From NCBI RefSeq assembly GCF_030144855.1, contig NC_082710.1, positions 149,172,001-149,236,000 on the forward strand: a stretch of DNA of 64,000 bases. The letters run 5' to 3'. The DNA comes from Hypanus sabinus (lineage: Eukaryota). Below the pieces are notes generated by a model. That model did no database searches. It was not told where the DNA came from and worked only from the letters and a program-made list of their open reading frames with translations. Shown here in pieces: positions 49,701-60,175 of this stretch (the first letter of the stretch is position 1; every line of letters begins with the position of its first letter). The position numbers and the translations under genes were made by a program.

Positions 49701-52286
49701 CTGTTGACCTCTGGTCCAGGAGCACAGTGAGGTGACACTGTTGATCAGAAACCCAGGGTTGGACAGAGGGAGGAATCACTGATTCTAAGACAGGATGGTT
49801 GGTCTCTCTCTGTAGGTTGGGAGGGTGAGGGCGTGGGTGGGGTGGTGGAGGGAGAATCGGGGTTATCCCTGTCTCTGTCACTGATGTCACTGTTTCTCTG
49901 AATCCCAACAGGTCCGAAGTCCAACTCCATCCCAATCTGGATCATCGCTGTCGTTGTGGTCCTGGTGATCCTGGTGGTCGTCATCGCTGTTGGTGTTGCC
50001 TACAAAAAGAGAGGTAGGACTGGAGGGAGTTGGACTGTTGCCCTGGGGAAGGGGGCTTGGGCAGGGTGTGTCCTCCTGGCATTCCTCAGCAAACCCCATC
50101 CCAGCACCGTTGTGTTTCTACACCCAAAGGTGCCCACATCCAACGCAGCCTGTCTTCAACCCCCCCCATTCCCCACCTCTCTTCCTTCTCCCATTATAAC
50201 AATTCCCGCCTCTTAACTGTCCGTAATGTGTCAGCCCCGACACCACCCCCAGCAGTGTCCCACACACCCCTGTGACGTCCTCCCACTGTACTTTCTTTCA
50301 ATCAGCCTCACAAGGATGTTCTTTGGTATTAGACATTGCTTTCCTGCTTAAAGCCAAAGCTGGCTGTCCACGTTATCTACGCCTCTGATCATCTTATAGA
50401 GTAACGGTTGTTACGACACAATGAACATAGAATTGACACAGGGTTTTTTTTTATATAAACAAATAAAACATTTATTAAACACTGCTCAATAAAAAACCGA
50501 AAGTAAGCAAACAACTAACTTAACCGGAAGTTAACTGCTGTACAGCAACTCGAACAGTTCTTAAAGCGATAAATGCGAACACAGTTCTTAAAACTGGTAA
50601 ATGCAAAAGTCCAAATGATTTACACAGTCAATTAGGAGAGACTTTCCCAAAGTAACGAATTCCTCAACGACGTGACGTTACTGCTGATCCCAGCCAAACT
50701 TTGCCTTGCCTGAAGGATATACGATGAAGGAAATAAAACGGCTTAAAGGCACTGACCTTTCCGTAGCGAATAACGCTGCATCCAGCTCTTTCCGCTCTTA
50801 TAGCAGGGACTATTTCGCATGCAGGTTACTGTCTCTTCCGAATGAGGATTGAATAAGGTTGATCTTGTATTACTGCCAACAACACCAACTTTTCTCAATC
50901 CTTCAGGTCTCCATACTTCCATAAATCTTCACTCTCTGACTGGACTAGACTGACAGTATTGTAGCAAAACTGCCAGCAATAACCTTTGAAACTTAAGACA
51001 TAAAGTAAGACTCCACTTTATAACAAAACTACGTCATGAGACGAATACGCAGCATAATGGAGTCACTGACGAATTAAACCACGAACTGACCTGCGTCACA
51101 GCAAGGCTTTCCCCTTTTATACCTGTTGAAACAGGCCATCACATGACCTCTCACTGGGGGGGGGGGGGGAAATTACATCATGTGACCTCACATTGGCAGG
51201 AAATTACATCACTCCAGCATCACAAGACCATTACATCACGCCCAGCAGAGACTCAATTACTTCATGCTCATGTGGCAGTCACAAGATACCCACGGGGTAT
51301 GTAACACGGTCACCTTGTTCTCGATTTTCTCCCAGTTCAAGAGTCATTGGGTCAGACTGCATGGAATTACTCCCTTTGGCCCGACCTGCCATTGCTGACC
51401 ACACACTTGCACACTCTGATTCCATTTCCTTGCCCCTCTCGGTATCTTGGTGATTCAAGTACCTGTCTGGATCTATCTTCAGTGTTGTGAGAGTCTGTCT
51501 TCACCATTCCTTCAGTGTGTTCGATCCCAGCCACCCTCTGGGAGGAGATGGAGAACATTCTTTCCTCCGGTCACTTCCAGTGATCTTGTTCCTCACTTAC
51601 AGATTCTGATTATGGACTCCTCTGCTCCGGGAAATCAGTTCCTCCTACCTGTCCCACCTGAGCCTCTCATTACCGTGTGCATCCATACCTGGTGGACCTG
51701 ACCAGGGTCAGTATTAGAGTAAATGGTCACTCCAAACTCCCACTGACCACTCTGTCACACACCAGCTTTGTTCCGTCTCATGGCCTTACAATGAGTTGGG
51801 GCCACACTGGTCCAGTTGGATGTGTCTCCTTTCACAGATTGTAGCTTGAGTTCTGTTTGATTGGGATTCAGAGCCCACTGGGCAGGTACTGAATCTATCT
51901 GGTTAAATGCTGGGGATGTGGGACCGTTCTCACTGACTGTCTCTGTTTTACAGCAGCGTGTTTCTCAGCAGGGAACAAAGGCTACAATCCCACCAAAAGT
52001 AAGTTCACTAAATCACAGCTGGATGGTTGTGTTACATTGTTCATGATCGCTGTGTCTCATCTAAAGAATGGGAGTTTTGTGTGTGTGACACCACTGTGTA
52101 TGTCTCTGTCAGGGTGTGAGATTACCTGTATATACCTGTGTTTGTGCGGTGGTGTATTGTGTGATGTGACTGTCTTTGTTTCTCCGAGTCTGCTCTGCAT
52201 CGATAATAAATGTTTTCCTGCCTGTCCTTCCATTCACAGCTTCTGACAAAGGAGAATCCTCCTCCAACTCCTCTGCCACGGCCTGA
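20628..52286 (+). CDS. Classical-type MHC class I heavy chain (UAA-like), spliced: join(20628..20679,28165..28425,47362..47634,49355..49618,49912..50013,51954/51969..51998,52240..52286)
   Basis: All exons have GT-AG boundaries in phase 1, with an open frame across them. The conserved peptide-terminus residues Y7, Y59, R84, F123, T143, K146, W147, Y159 and Y171 are present, along with the N86 glycan site, both disulfide pairs, a TM segment and a Tyr/Ser-containing tail. Confidence 0.95.
21730..23370. mobile_element. Nested CR1 fragments in class I intron 1 (+ strand RT piece ~21730-22660, then - strand 3' piece ~22660-23370)
   Basis: ORFs 22182..22613 (LIEVFEEVTKRIDKGWAVYVASMDYRKAFDK) and 23070..23303 (LVRPNLEYCVQFWSP). 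Confidence 0.8.
24135..24390 (+). mobile_element. tRNA-derived V-SINE-like element
   Basis: Degenerate tRNA head followed by the GGGTTTTCTCTGGGTGCTCCGGTTTCCTGCCACAGTCCAAAGAC core. Confidence 0.7.
24400..25910 (+). mobile_element. Several degenerate CR1 RT/3' fragments
   Basis: FKFADDMKISG-like and HFGRKNK...SEVQRDLGVLV (ORF 25288..25476) motifs. Confidence 0.75.
26575..26860 (+). mobile_element. tRNA-derived SINE
   Basis: Box A TGGCCAAGTGG and box B GTTCGAGCC, followed by a non-tRNA body. Confidence 0.75.
28165..28425 (+). CDS. MHC class I exon 2, alpha1 domain
   Basis: TTCCAG|GC...; [28 protein letters not shown]...DYWERNTQ...MSRTNQSG; 261 nt; G|GTGAGT donor. Confidence 0.97.
28440..28736. 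repeat. G-rich degenerate intronic repeat (GGGGTAACTGGGGATTGT-like), 5' end of intron 2
   Basis: Recurrent G3-G6 runs. The same repeat occurs at 32117-32270, 40115-40267 and 46840-47300. Confidence 0.85.
28737..32116 (-). mobile_element. Endogenous retrovirus copy A (class I, epsilon/gamma-like), heavily deleted: 3' LTR 28737-~29133, env 3' end, integrase and gag fragments, leader, PBS 31596-31614, 5' LTR ~31617-32116
   Basis: 5-bp TSD TGGAG on both sides; PBS close to the complement of the tRNA-Ser 3' end; integrase MFSQWVEAFP...SDRGTHF; gag MA WPYVGTCNL. Confidence 0.85.
29439..29650 (+). mobile_element. SINE inserted into env of ERV copy A
   Basis: tRNA-like head (GAGTTTGAATCC), (CTT)n tail, TSD TACAAGTATT/TACAAATATT; absent from copies B and C. 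Confidence 0.85.
32271..33551 (+). mobile_element. pogo-superfamily (POGK/Passer-like) DNA transposon, internally deleted, copy 1
   Basis: TIRs CCGTAAATTCCGGTGTATAAGCCGA / TCGGCTTATACATCGGAATTTACAG+TA. ORF 32573..33364 has a Brinker-type DNA-binding domain (YDAGFKLKVV), a CENP-B HTH, and DDE_1 remnants NMDE, WDMF and QPLD. Confidence 0.9.
33552..40114 (-). mobile_element. ERV copy B: partial 3' LTR 33552-33624, deleted env, integrase, RNase H/RT connection, gag, PBS 39630-39648, 5' LTR ~39651-40114
   Basis: Integrase ORF 35305..35982 (PFGNLQIDF...SDRGTHF...SSGMMERVNG); LPDSEKPFLLY...RPAAYYS (36333..36752); env CWVC and RNKKR; followed by TGGAG. Confidence 0.9.
40268..41511 (+). mobile_element. 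pogo-superfamily transposon, copy 2 (frameshifted)
   Basis: Same TIRs and internal deletion as copy 1, 7997 bp downstream; ORF split into 40601..40969 and 40963..41193. Confidence 0.9.
41512..46839 (-). mobile_element. ERV copy C: partial 3' LTR 41512-41584, deleted env, integrase/RNase H and gag remnants, PBS 46385-46403, 5' LTR ~46406-46839
   Basis: Collinear with copy B but with different pol/gag deletions; followed by TTGAG, a 1-mismatch version of the TSD. Confidence 0.88.
46840..47300. repeat. G-rich degenerate repeat, 3' end of intron 2
   Basis: GGGGTAACTGGGGATTGTGG-like units run up to the alpha2 acceptor region. Confidence 0.85.
47362..47634 (+). CDS. MHC class I exon 3, alpha2 domain
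   Basis: GIHTYQQMYGCEL...DGSDFISFDK...ITKDKW...KGYLEQECIEWLKKY; 273 nt; A|GTGAGT donor. Confidence 0.97.
47726..49205. repeat. 22-bp pyrimidine-rich satellite (CCCCCCCGCCGTCTCCTTCCTT and variants), about 65 units, filling intron 3
   Basis: Near-perfect array in three variant blocks: CCTTCCTT-C7, CCTTCCTTT-C6 and CCTCTCTCT-C6. Confidence 0.95.
49355..49618 (+). CDS. MHC class I exon 4, alpha3 Ig-C1 domain
   Basis: PPEV...LSCVATGFYPQSI...LPNHDNTYQ...FSCQVEHRGL; 264 nt; G|GTAAGA donor. Confidence 0.96.
49912..50013 (+). CDS. MHC class I exon 5, connecting peptide and transmembrane segment
   Basis: GPKSNSIPIWIIAVVVVLVILVVVIAVGVAYKKR; 102 nt; CAACAG acceptor and G|GTAGGA donor. Confidence 0.93.
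50409..51306 (-). mobile_element. Solo LTR (898 bp), antisense, in class I intron 5
   Basis: TGTTAC...GTAACA ends, 4-bp TSD CGGT/CGGT, minus-strand TATA (GGTATAAAAGGGG) near 51115. Confidence 0.9.
51954..51998 (+). CDS. MHC class I exon 6, cytoplasmic (A[ACFSA]GNKGYNPTK); start ambiguous among four in-frame acceptors
   Basis: Carries the conserved cytoplasmic Tyr motif GYNP; strong A|GTAAGT donor at 51999. Confidence 0.85.
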
Positions 52287-52287
52287 G
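52240..52287 (+). CDS. MHC class I exon 7, cytoplasmic end TSDKGESSSNSSATA*; stop at 52284-52286
   Basis: TTCACAG acceptor, Ser-rich tail, TGA, then G|GTAGGA donor. Confidence 0.9.
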
Positions 52288-52830
52288 GTAGGAACCGTGT
52301 TGGACACCGGTCAATGCTGGGCTTCCCAGCTCTTGTCACTGGAGCTGGAGCTGGTCATTACAGCACAGTCTGGGCACTGAGAAACCCCGGTCTGGAACCG
52401 GAACTGTGGGAGGGGGTGTAACCAGTCCCCACAGCACCTCACCCTGGGAATGGCCTCCTGCTCCGTTCCATTCCAGGGATCCAGTGCCCAGTTTTCATAG
52501 TTTGTCATTGGAATTGCTGCTTTTCCAGGGTTGCTCAGTGTTTTGTGGTGGGGGAGGGCGGTAGGGAGAGTTTGGGGTATGGGGATGTTGTGGGTGATTT
52601 ATGGTGGTAGGGGAGATGGGTTTTGCGGGACGTGTTATGGTTGTGATGTGGGGAATGGATTTAATGTTACAGATTATGTTGTACTGCTTGTTGGGAATTG
52701 GAATCACTGGACATTATTCCCAGTGTGGGATGGGGGAGGTGTTCAGTAGGTTTCATTGTCAGTGTTGGGGAGGTTTGCTGCTGATGCCTCACTCCATAAC
52801 CATCTCTCCTCGCCTCTCTCCCCCCTGCAG

Positions 52831-53375
52831 GAAATTCAGTTCACAGCAGAATATGGATGAAGAAATCTATGGGAACAGTGTGTAATCTTGGGACTCTGGG
52901 TGATTACGTGATATTCTCCGGGGAAAAATATGATTTATGCTTTGATCTTTGTGCTTAGGAATACGGATAATTTGCTGATTCACTTCAGGAGCCGGAATGT
53001 AATGTTGCTTTTCATAGAAAGCTGAATCACTTTAGTGTGTGTGGGATGGGGCTTAGTGGGGAACAGCTCTGACCCACAGCTCAGCCCTGGTCGGCATCTG
53101 GAGACTCACAGTTGGTGAATAGATTTGCTCATTCAGTCAATTTGATTGTTGACCGAGAGTGGCTTCTGGCCCGTGTGGGATGGGAGGGGAGTGGGTGGCA
53201 GGTGCTGGAGTTAAATTGAGACTTTAAACCATGGGCTGTGGGATGATTGCAGGGAGATCTGGAAACGTGATTTTATGCTGGTGGTGGGTCGGGAGGGAGG
53301 GAAAAATTCTTTCATGCTTCAATGTCAAGGCTTTTTAATACTAAATACAAATAAAATTGATGTTTACTCCATCTC
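52831..53375 (+). other. Probable terminal non-coding exon 8 (3' UTR) with polyA signal AATAAA at 53350-53355
   Basis: Long pyrimidine tract plus CTGCAG acceptor at 52829-52830; first AATAAA downstream. Confidence 0.65.
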
Positions 53376-54453
53376 CCTGTCTGGCAGTGTTTATCATGGT
53401 GGGAACATTGGGATTTGAAGGATGCAGTCACTAGGACTCCAGACAAAGTGGGAATGATGTGTATTATGGATTTAAGGAGAATCTGCATTTCTGGGGGGGT
53501 GTGGGAGAAGACATGAGGAGTGGTTCCTGATGAGGCAACAGTGTCCAGGGAGAGATCTGGCAAGGACCAATAAAACGGTGTCTGGTACAGTGGTGACTAT
53601 GTTTCCGAGAAGCTCCTAGTTACCTTCTGCAAAGTTGGAAGCCAAGGATTTATGTAATTGCACCATCACTCAGAATCAGGTTTAATATCAGTGGCAATGT
53701 CGTGAAATTTGTTGTTGTGTGGCTCCATCCAGACCGTGCTCTGTTCCTACTGCTGCCGTCAGGAAGAAGGTACAGGAGCCTCAGGACTCTCACCACAGGA
53801 TTAGTAACAGTTGTTACTTCTCAATTATCTGACTCTTGAACCAGGGGTGAAAACTAACAAGTTTTCATAGACCATAAGACTTCAAAGGTTCAAGGGTCCA
53901 ATTTAATGTCAGAGAAATGTATACACTCTCTCCCGTACAAGCCGGGGGTCAGTCCAAGGTTACACGTTGTACTGGAGGGATAGAAAGGTAGGCAGGTGGG
54001 TTGGCATGGCTCTGCTGGTAAAAAAAAAATGGCATCAAATCGGGAGAAAGTGTAACATAAGATCCGAAGATGTTGAATCCTTGTGGGTTGAGTTGAGAAA
54101 CTGCAGGGGTAAAAGGACCCTGATGGCAGTTATATACAGGCCTCCCAACAATAGCTGGGATGTGGACCACGGATTTCAACAGGAAATAGAAAAGGTGTGT
54201 CAAAAGGGCAATGTTGTGATAATCATGGGAGATTTCAACATGCAGGTAGATTGGGCAAATCAGTTTTTAACATTTAACTGTCATTCTTTGGGGTAATCCT
54301 GTGTTTTTGTGGATATTTGCGAAGAAAAAGCATTTCTAGATGTATATTGTATTACAACCGTCCTTCAACCACGATTCAGTGATGGCCACAACATCATAAC
54401 TGACAATCTGTAAAAGTGGAAAAAGATCATTCACCTTATTTCTTAAGCTCTGT

Positions 54454-55295
54454 TGTTATGTACCTGTGGGTATCCTGTGGCTGTCACGTGACCACGGTGT
54501 AATTGAGGCTCTGCTGGGCATGATGCAATGGTCTTGTGATAGTGGAGTGATGTGATTTTCCCGCCAGTGAGAGGTCTTGTGATGGGTTTTTTTCAACAGG
54601 GTATAAAAGGGGCACGCATCCCTGTAGCGCAGGTCAGTTTGCGGCTTAAGTCGTCAGTGACTCCGTTCTGCTGCGTATTTGATTTTACGACGCAGTTTCA
54701 TTTAAAAGTGGAGTTTTGATTTCCATTGTAAGAACTGTTGAGCCAGCAGTTCTGAAAATTGCTGCCAGTTAAAGTTCGGTCAGAGAGTGAAGAATTATCG
54801 AAGTTCGGGAAGCTGAAGGATCGAGGAAAATTGATGTCGGCGGTAAAACAAGTTCGACCTTATTTAATACTCAATCGGAAGGAACCTGCAGTCCAAGGTA
54901 GATCCCAGATAAAGAGCAGAAAGGAATGGAGCAGGGTTTCGCCAAGGAAAGGTCAGTGCCTTTGAGCAGTTTTTATTTCCTTCATCGTAAATCCTTCAGG
55001 CAAGGCAGACTGGCTAGGATCAGCAGTAACGTCACGTAAGAGAATTTATTACTGCAAGGAAAGTCTCTCCTCACTGACTTTGTAAATCATTTGGACTTTT
55101 GCACCTACTACTTTAAAGAACTGAGTTTGTATTTCTCATTTTAAGAACGGTTCGAGCTGCCATACAGCAATCCACTTCCAGTTAAGTTAGTCGTTTGCTT
55201 ACTTTTGGGTTTTTTTTCAGCAGTGTTTAATAAATGTCTTATTTGTTATCTAAAACCTGTCTCAATCCTATATTCTTTGTTGCCATATTGTAACT
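54454..55295 (+). mobile_element. Solo LTR (842 bp) of the same family, sense orientation, downstream of the class I gene
   Basis: TGTTATG...GTAACT ends, TSD CTGT/CTGT, GTATAAAAGGGG at about 54601, AATAAA near 55229. Its start resembles the reverse complement of the end of 50409-51306. Confidence 0.85.
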
Positions 55296-55299
55296 CTGT

Positions 55300-56600
55300 G
55301 CATTGAGTGTTGTATTTGCTACACTTCTTGATTTTGCATCACCAAAGCACTGATACCGTTCTGGCTGCAGTTTTGTCCTGTCACCTGCCTGCCCTACGTT
55401 ACAGTCTGTCTGCTCGCTATCTTTGCTTATTTACCATCTGTCCTATCCTGAGTCCCTTCACTCCAGTTCCCATCCCTTTCAGGTGCAAGCCATTACTTTT
55501 GAACAGGTCATACCTCCTCCAGAAGAGATCCCAATGATCCAAGAACCTAAAGCCCTGGCCCCTGCACCAACTCCTCAGCCACGAACTAATTTGCCAAATC
55601 ATCCTGTTTCTACCCTCACCAGTGGCATAGACAACAATCCAGAATCCTGCTTCTCAGTTCTCCACCAGCTCTCAAAATTCTCTCTTCAGGACCACTTTGC
55701 TTTTCCTTCCCATGTCATTGGTACCAATATGTACCAAGACATCTGACTGCCCTCCCTCCCTGTCCAATATGGTGTGAACACAATTCAAAACAGCCCTGAC
55801 CCTGGCACCCGGCAGTCTTACACCATTCAGGTATCCTGTTCATGTTCACAGAATCTCCTGTCTTTTCCTCTGATACTGAGTCCCCTGTCACTACTGAGTC
55901 CTCTATCACTACCGAGTCCCCTGTCACTACTGAGTCCTTTATCACTACTGATTCCCCTGTCACTACTGAGTCCTTTATCACTACTGATTCCCCTATCACT
56001 ACTGAGTCCCTTGTCACTACTGAGTCCTCTATCACTACCGCTCCGCACTTCTCCCTCTTTTCCTTCTGCACCATGGACCCATGCTCAGTGCCGGTAACCC
56101 GGTCTCTGTGGCATTCATCTAGGAGGTTATCCCCCACAACAGTATCCAACATGGTTTACTTATTATTGAGGGGAATCGCCACAGGGTGCTCTGTGCTAAC
56201 AGCTTGTCCACATTTCCATTTCTCCTGACAGTCACCCAGCTACTCGCCTCCTGCAACTTCAGGATAACTATTTCCCTGTAACTTTGATCAATTATCTCCT
56301 CACTCTCCCGTACAAGCTGAAGGTCATCCAGTTGCTGCTCCAGATCCCTAACATGGTCTTCAAAGAGCTGCAGCTGGATGCACTTCACACAGATGTCGTT
56401 CCCTGGGAGACTCTGGATCTCCCAGGACTCCAACATCCAGCATGAAGAATGTATAATAGCCGTTTACTGCACTAGCTACAGTAAGAGAAACCAAAAGGGA
56501 ACTTTAGCAAAAGCTTACCCGGAGCCAACATCTCTTTCGAGCCAAAGCCTGACACTCCGACTGTCAAAAACAGCCGGCCCATTTGTCCCTTCTGTCCTTT
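55300..56600 (-). mobile_element. CR1 ORF1 region (zinc-finger/leucine-zipper and SGNH esterase-like), degenerate
   Basis: ORFs 56119..56436 (CVKCIQLQLFEDHVRDLEQQLDDL), 55715..56152 and 55417..55602 (WLRSWCRGQGFRFLDHWDLFW). Confidence 0.8.
55875..56039. repeat. 18-bp VNTR (~9 units) inside CR1 ORF1
   Basis: ACTGAGTCCCCTGTCACT and variants. Confidence 0.9.
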
Positions 56601-59600
56601 TAAACAGCATCGGTGACCTGCGGGAAACCTCGTCACTGTGACCTGCTCCTGCCACTGATTAAGCTGCTTGTTTAAGTTGTCCTTTTAAAAATATATTTAC
56701 TGTAATTTACAGAGTTTATGTGTTGCTGTCACAGAACAACAAATTTCACGACAGTGATAATAAACCTGATTCTAATTTTATTGCTTATTTATTTAGTATG
56801 TGTTCAGCTTGTGTTCCTTTGCACATTCGTTGTTAGTCTGTCTTGTTGACACAGTCTTTCATTGATTCTATTCTGTTTCTTAGATTTACTGTGAATTCTG
56901 GCAAATAAATGAATCTCGGGTTTTATTTGATAATAAATTTATTTTTGAACTTTTCCTGAGTAGCCTTGCACAATACACAAAAACAACGATAAATTACATT
57001 AAGAAATATTCCTCGCTCATCTCACAAGTTGTCCTATTTCTAATTATGGGGCTCCTTCACTCAGCCTGTCTCTGTTCCATATTATCAAAGCTTCTACAGT
57101 CCAGTGTTATTCAATATTACTCTGATCCTCTCTTTCTGCTTTTTGAACGGTGTGCATGTGGTGGGACTGACATGTGCCCGAGGGTCAGGTTTGTCACATT
57201 ACACCATTCCTCCATGGATCCAACATTATCCGCAGCTTCTCCTGTGGCTGTGACTGAATTGCTTTTCCTCCTGCATTTCTACACCAGATGGAATGTATAA
57301 CTGTTGTGGTTTCTACATCTGTTCCATAAATGTTACCCCGTCTCTCTGCTCTCAGGCCTTGTAACTGAGTCTTCCCACCTTTCATAGACAACACACTCCT
57401 CACACCTTCATGATTTTCTTGGTTTATTTTGGGGCCAGAGTGTCTGATCAAAGTGTACAATGTCCTGAGTCTGCAGGACTATGTCAGTCTTAACCACAGA
57501 AACAGACTCTCCAGCCCACTATGTCTGTCCCAACCATTAAAGACCAATCCACATTATTCCCATTCACTGACGCTTGGTCCATAACCTTCTCTGCCTTGGT
57601 TATTCAAGTGCTTCTCAAGGTATTTCTTAAACATTGTGAGTCTGTCCCTCCACCATCCCCTCAAGTAGTGTGTTCCAGGTTCCAACCCTCACACCCCCAT
57701 GTGAACATTCTTCCTCAGATCCCCTCTAAACCTCCTCACCATTGTCCAATCCCTGTCTGTTTAGTTTCAGACACATTTGCCAAGGGGAAGGTTTCAAATA
57801 TGGACGACCCTGACTTTGCCTGTAAGGATATTGTACCTCTATCAGGTCTCCCCTCAGCATCCTCCACTCCAAGGGAAGGGTCTATCCATTCTGTCCTTTA
57901 TAACCACACTGCTCCATCACAAACACCACCATGATGGATCTCTACACCCTGTCCAGTGCAATCACATCCTTTCCCCCTCCTTGGGGACCACGGATACTGA
58001 TGGATTTCTGACAATCCCGATGTTTCAGAGTACTTAGTGAGACTAATCAAGAATCTATCAACCTCTGCCTTAAATAACCCTACTGACAGCCTCCCACAGC
58101 GGCCTTTGGCAATGAATTCCACAGATTGTCTGGTTTAAGAAATTCCTAATTATCTCCATTCTAAATGGACGTTCCTCTGTCCCAGGGTTGTGGCCTCTGG
58201 TCTAACACCTCCACCCCCTACCCCACTCTCAAGGGCTTTCAACATTAAATAGGTTTCAATGAGATACCTTCCCCCCCCCCCATTCTTCTGAATTCCAGTG
58301 AGTACAGGCCCAGAGCCATTAATTGTTCCTCATAAAGTAACCCTTTCATTACCGGAATCATTCTGGTGAACCAACTCTGAACGTTCTCCAATGTCAGAAC
58401 ATCCTTTATCAGATAAGGGGCCTAAAACTACCCAGAATGCTCCAAGTGGGGCCTTAGTCCTCTCAAAATGAACGTGAACATTGCATCTGTCTTCCTCATC
58501 ACCAACTCTTCTTGCAAATTGAACTTTAGGGAAACTTGCACGTGGACTTCCAAGCCCCTTTGAGTTTTGGACTTTTGGCGTCGAGTGTGACACCCCATTC
58601 CTCACTGCCCTGTGTGTGAACCCTCCTCCCAAACTGCTCATGAGTGACCTCTCCTCCCTCCCCCCGCCCTCAGCCGGTCTGTACTACTTAAGAACATAAG
58701 AACGTAAGAGATAGACTCCGCCTCCCACCTGTGGACATGTAAGACAGTTTCTTTCTGTCCACCTTTAGTCTCTCCCTTTTCCGACTTAAACTTTGAAAGT
58801 TTAACTTTACTCAGCCGGATCTGTAGAGCAACAGTTATAATCATAGCGACCCTAAGAAGCACCACAAGGAATCCGGACAACGGGAAGGGAACGGGAAGCC
58901 TAAAGAAAGCTGACGAGTCCTCGGAGGAACCGCCTTGGGAAAAGAGATTAGAGTCTCAAATCAGCTATATCATTACTGAAGTAACTCAACTAAAAGTTAA
59001 ATTTCACCCTTTTGAGGAAAAAATTGATTCTCTGAGCCTCGATCTTAAAGAAGTTAGTCGAAATGCGGCTGACCTTTCTTCTCGTTCGGAAAAGGCTCAA
59101 CAACGAATCGTCGATCTGGAAGCTCGGTCGTGTCGGAATAATATCCGAATTGATGGATTAAAGAGAAATCAGAACCTGCCGACACACTGGATTATTTTGC
59201 TAAAATGTTTCAGTCTTTATTTCCGGAGGCTTACCCACAACCGCCGGGGACTGAAATGGCTCACAGAATCGGTGCTTTAAATCTTTTGGACCAAGGTAAA
59301 AACAGGCATATTGCTGTGCGTTTTCTTCGTTTTAGAGACAAAGACCGCATTATTAAGCTTGCAAGAAAACAAAGGTTGTTTCAATTTCAAAGTTCGGAGA
59401 TTCGCTTTGTTGAAGATTTTCCACGTGAAATTGTTAAGAAACGTTCTGGATTCGCTCTGGCTATGCGTACGGCTTATCAAAAAAAGCTTTTCCCTTCACT
59501 TCAATACCCAGCTAAATTAAGGCTTTTCGTCAAAAATTCTGGGGTTCGTAATTTTGATGACCCAGCCGAAGCATTGTGTTTTATTAATTCACTGCCTGAC

Positions 59601-60079
59601 AAGTCTGAAGCATGTAGTTTGAATGATTTACAACTGTTTGATTGTCTTGCGATGTAAGAGTGATGAAATTGGAAGATTTGATGGTTATAGAAAGTCTTTA
59701 CCTTAAAATGTACTTTTATCTCTGAAATAGACTTGTTTGGATGGTTTTAACCTCAGAAGACATAACGGGAGAACTGTTGAAAGACTGTAGATAACTTTGA
59801 ACCATCTAAAATTTTTTGTTTATAGCATTTAAATGAATTAATTACTTTTTTCTCTGTATGCTTTTGTAAAGATCTTTTAAGTAATTTTCTGAATTTCTTT
59901 ACTTTTTAAAGATAGATTGGATAATTTAAGGACAGCGATTGTTTTTCTTCTGTGCAAATATTTCAAGAATTGTTTTGGACGTGTTTTTCTTTCCTTACCT
60001 AATATTTTGAAAGTTATTCTCAAAATTGAAGGTCGTTTTCCTTTAAAAAAAAACACCGTTCCTTCCAAATCAATTATTT

Positions 60080-60175
60080 TGAGTACGTACACAATGCTGG
60101 GAGAACTCAGCAGGTCAGGCAGCATCCGTGAGAAAAGAGTAGCCAACGTTTCGGGCCGAGATCCTTCGTCAGGAA
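60080..60175 (+). mobile_element. Short fragment of the abundant Penelope-associated terminal repeat inserted between L1 ORF1 and ORF2
   Basis: ACAATGCTGGGAGAACTCAGCAGGTCAGGCAGCATC; related copies at ~12410-12530 and ~15590-15690 (opposite strand) and ~14150. Confidence 0.65.

Noticed and set aside
20628-52286. Non-classical class I or pseudogene
   Set aside because: All conserved peptide-anchoring residues, intact splice sites, an open frame and a full promoter are present. Polymorphism and expression cannot be judged from one sequence.
57046-57460. Short ORFs downstream of the class I gene
   Set aside because: No recognisable homology or exon structure.
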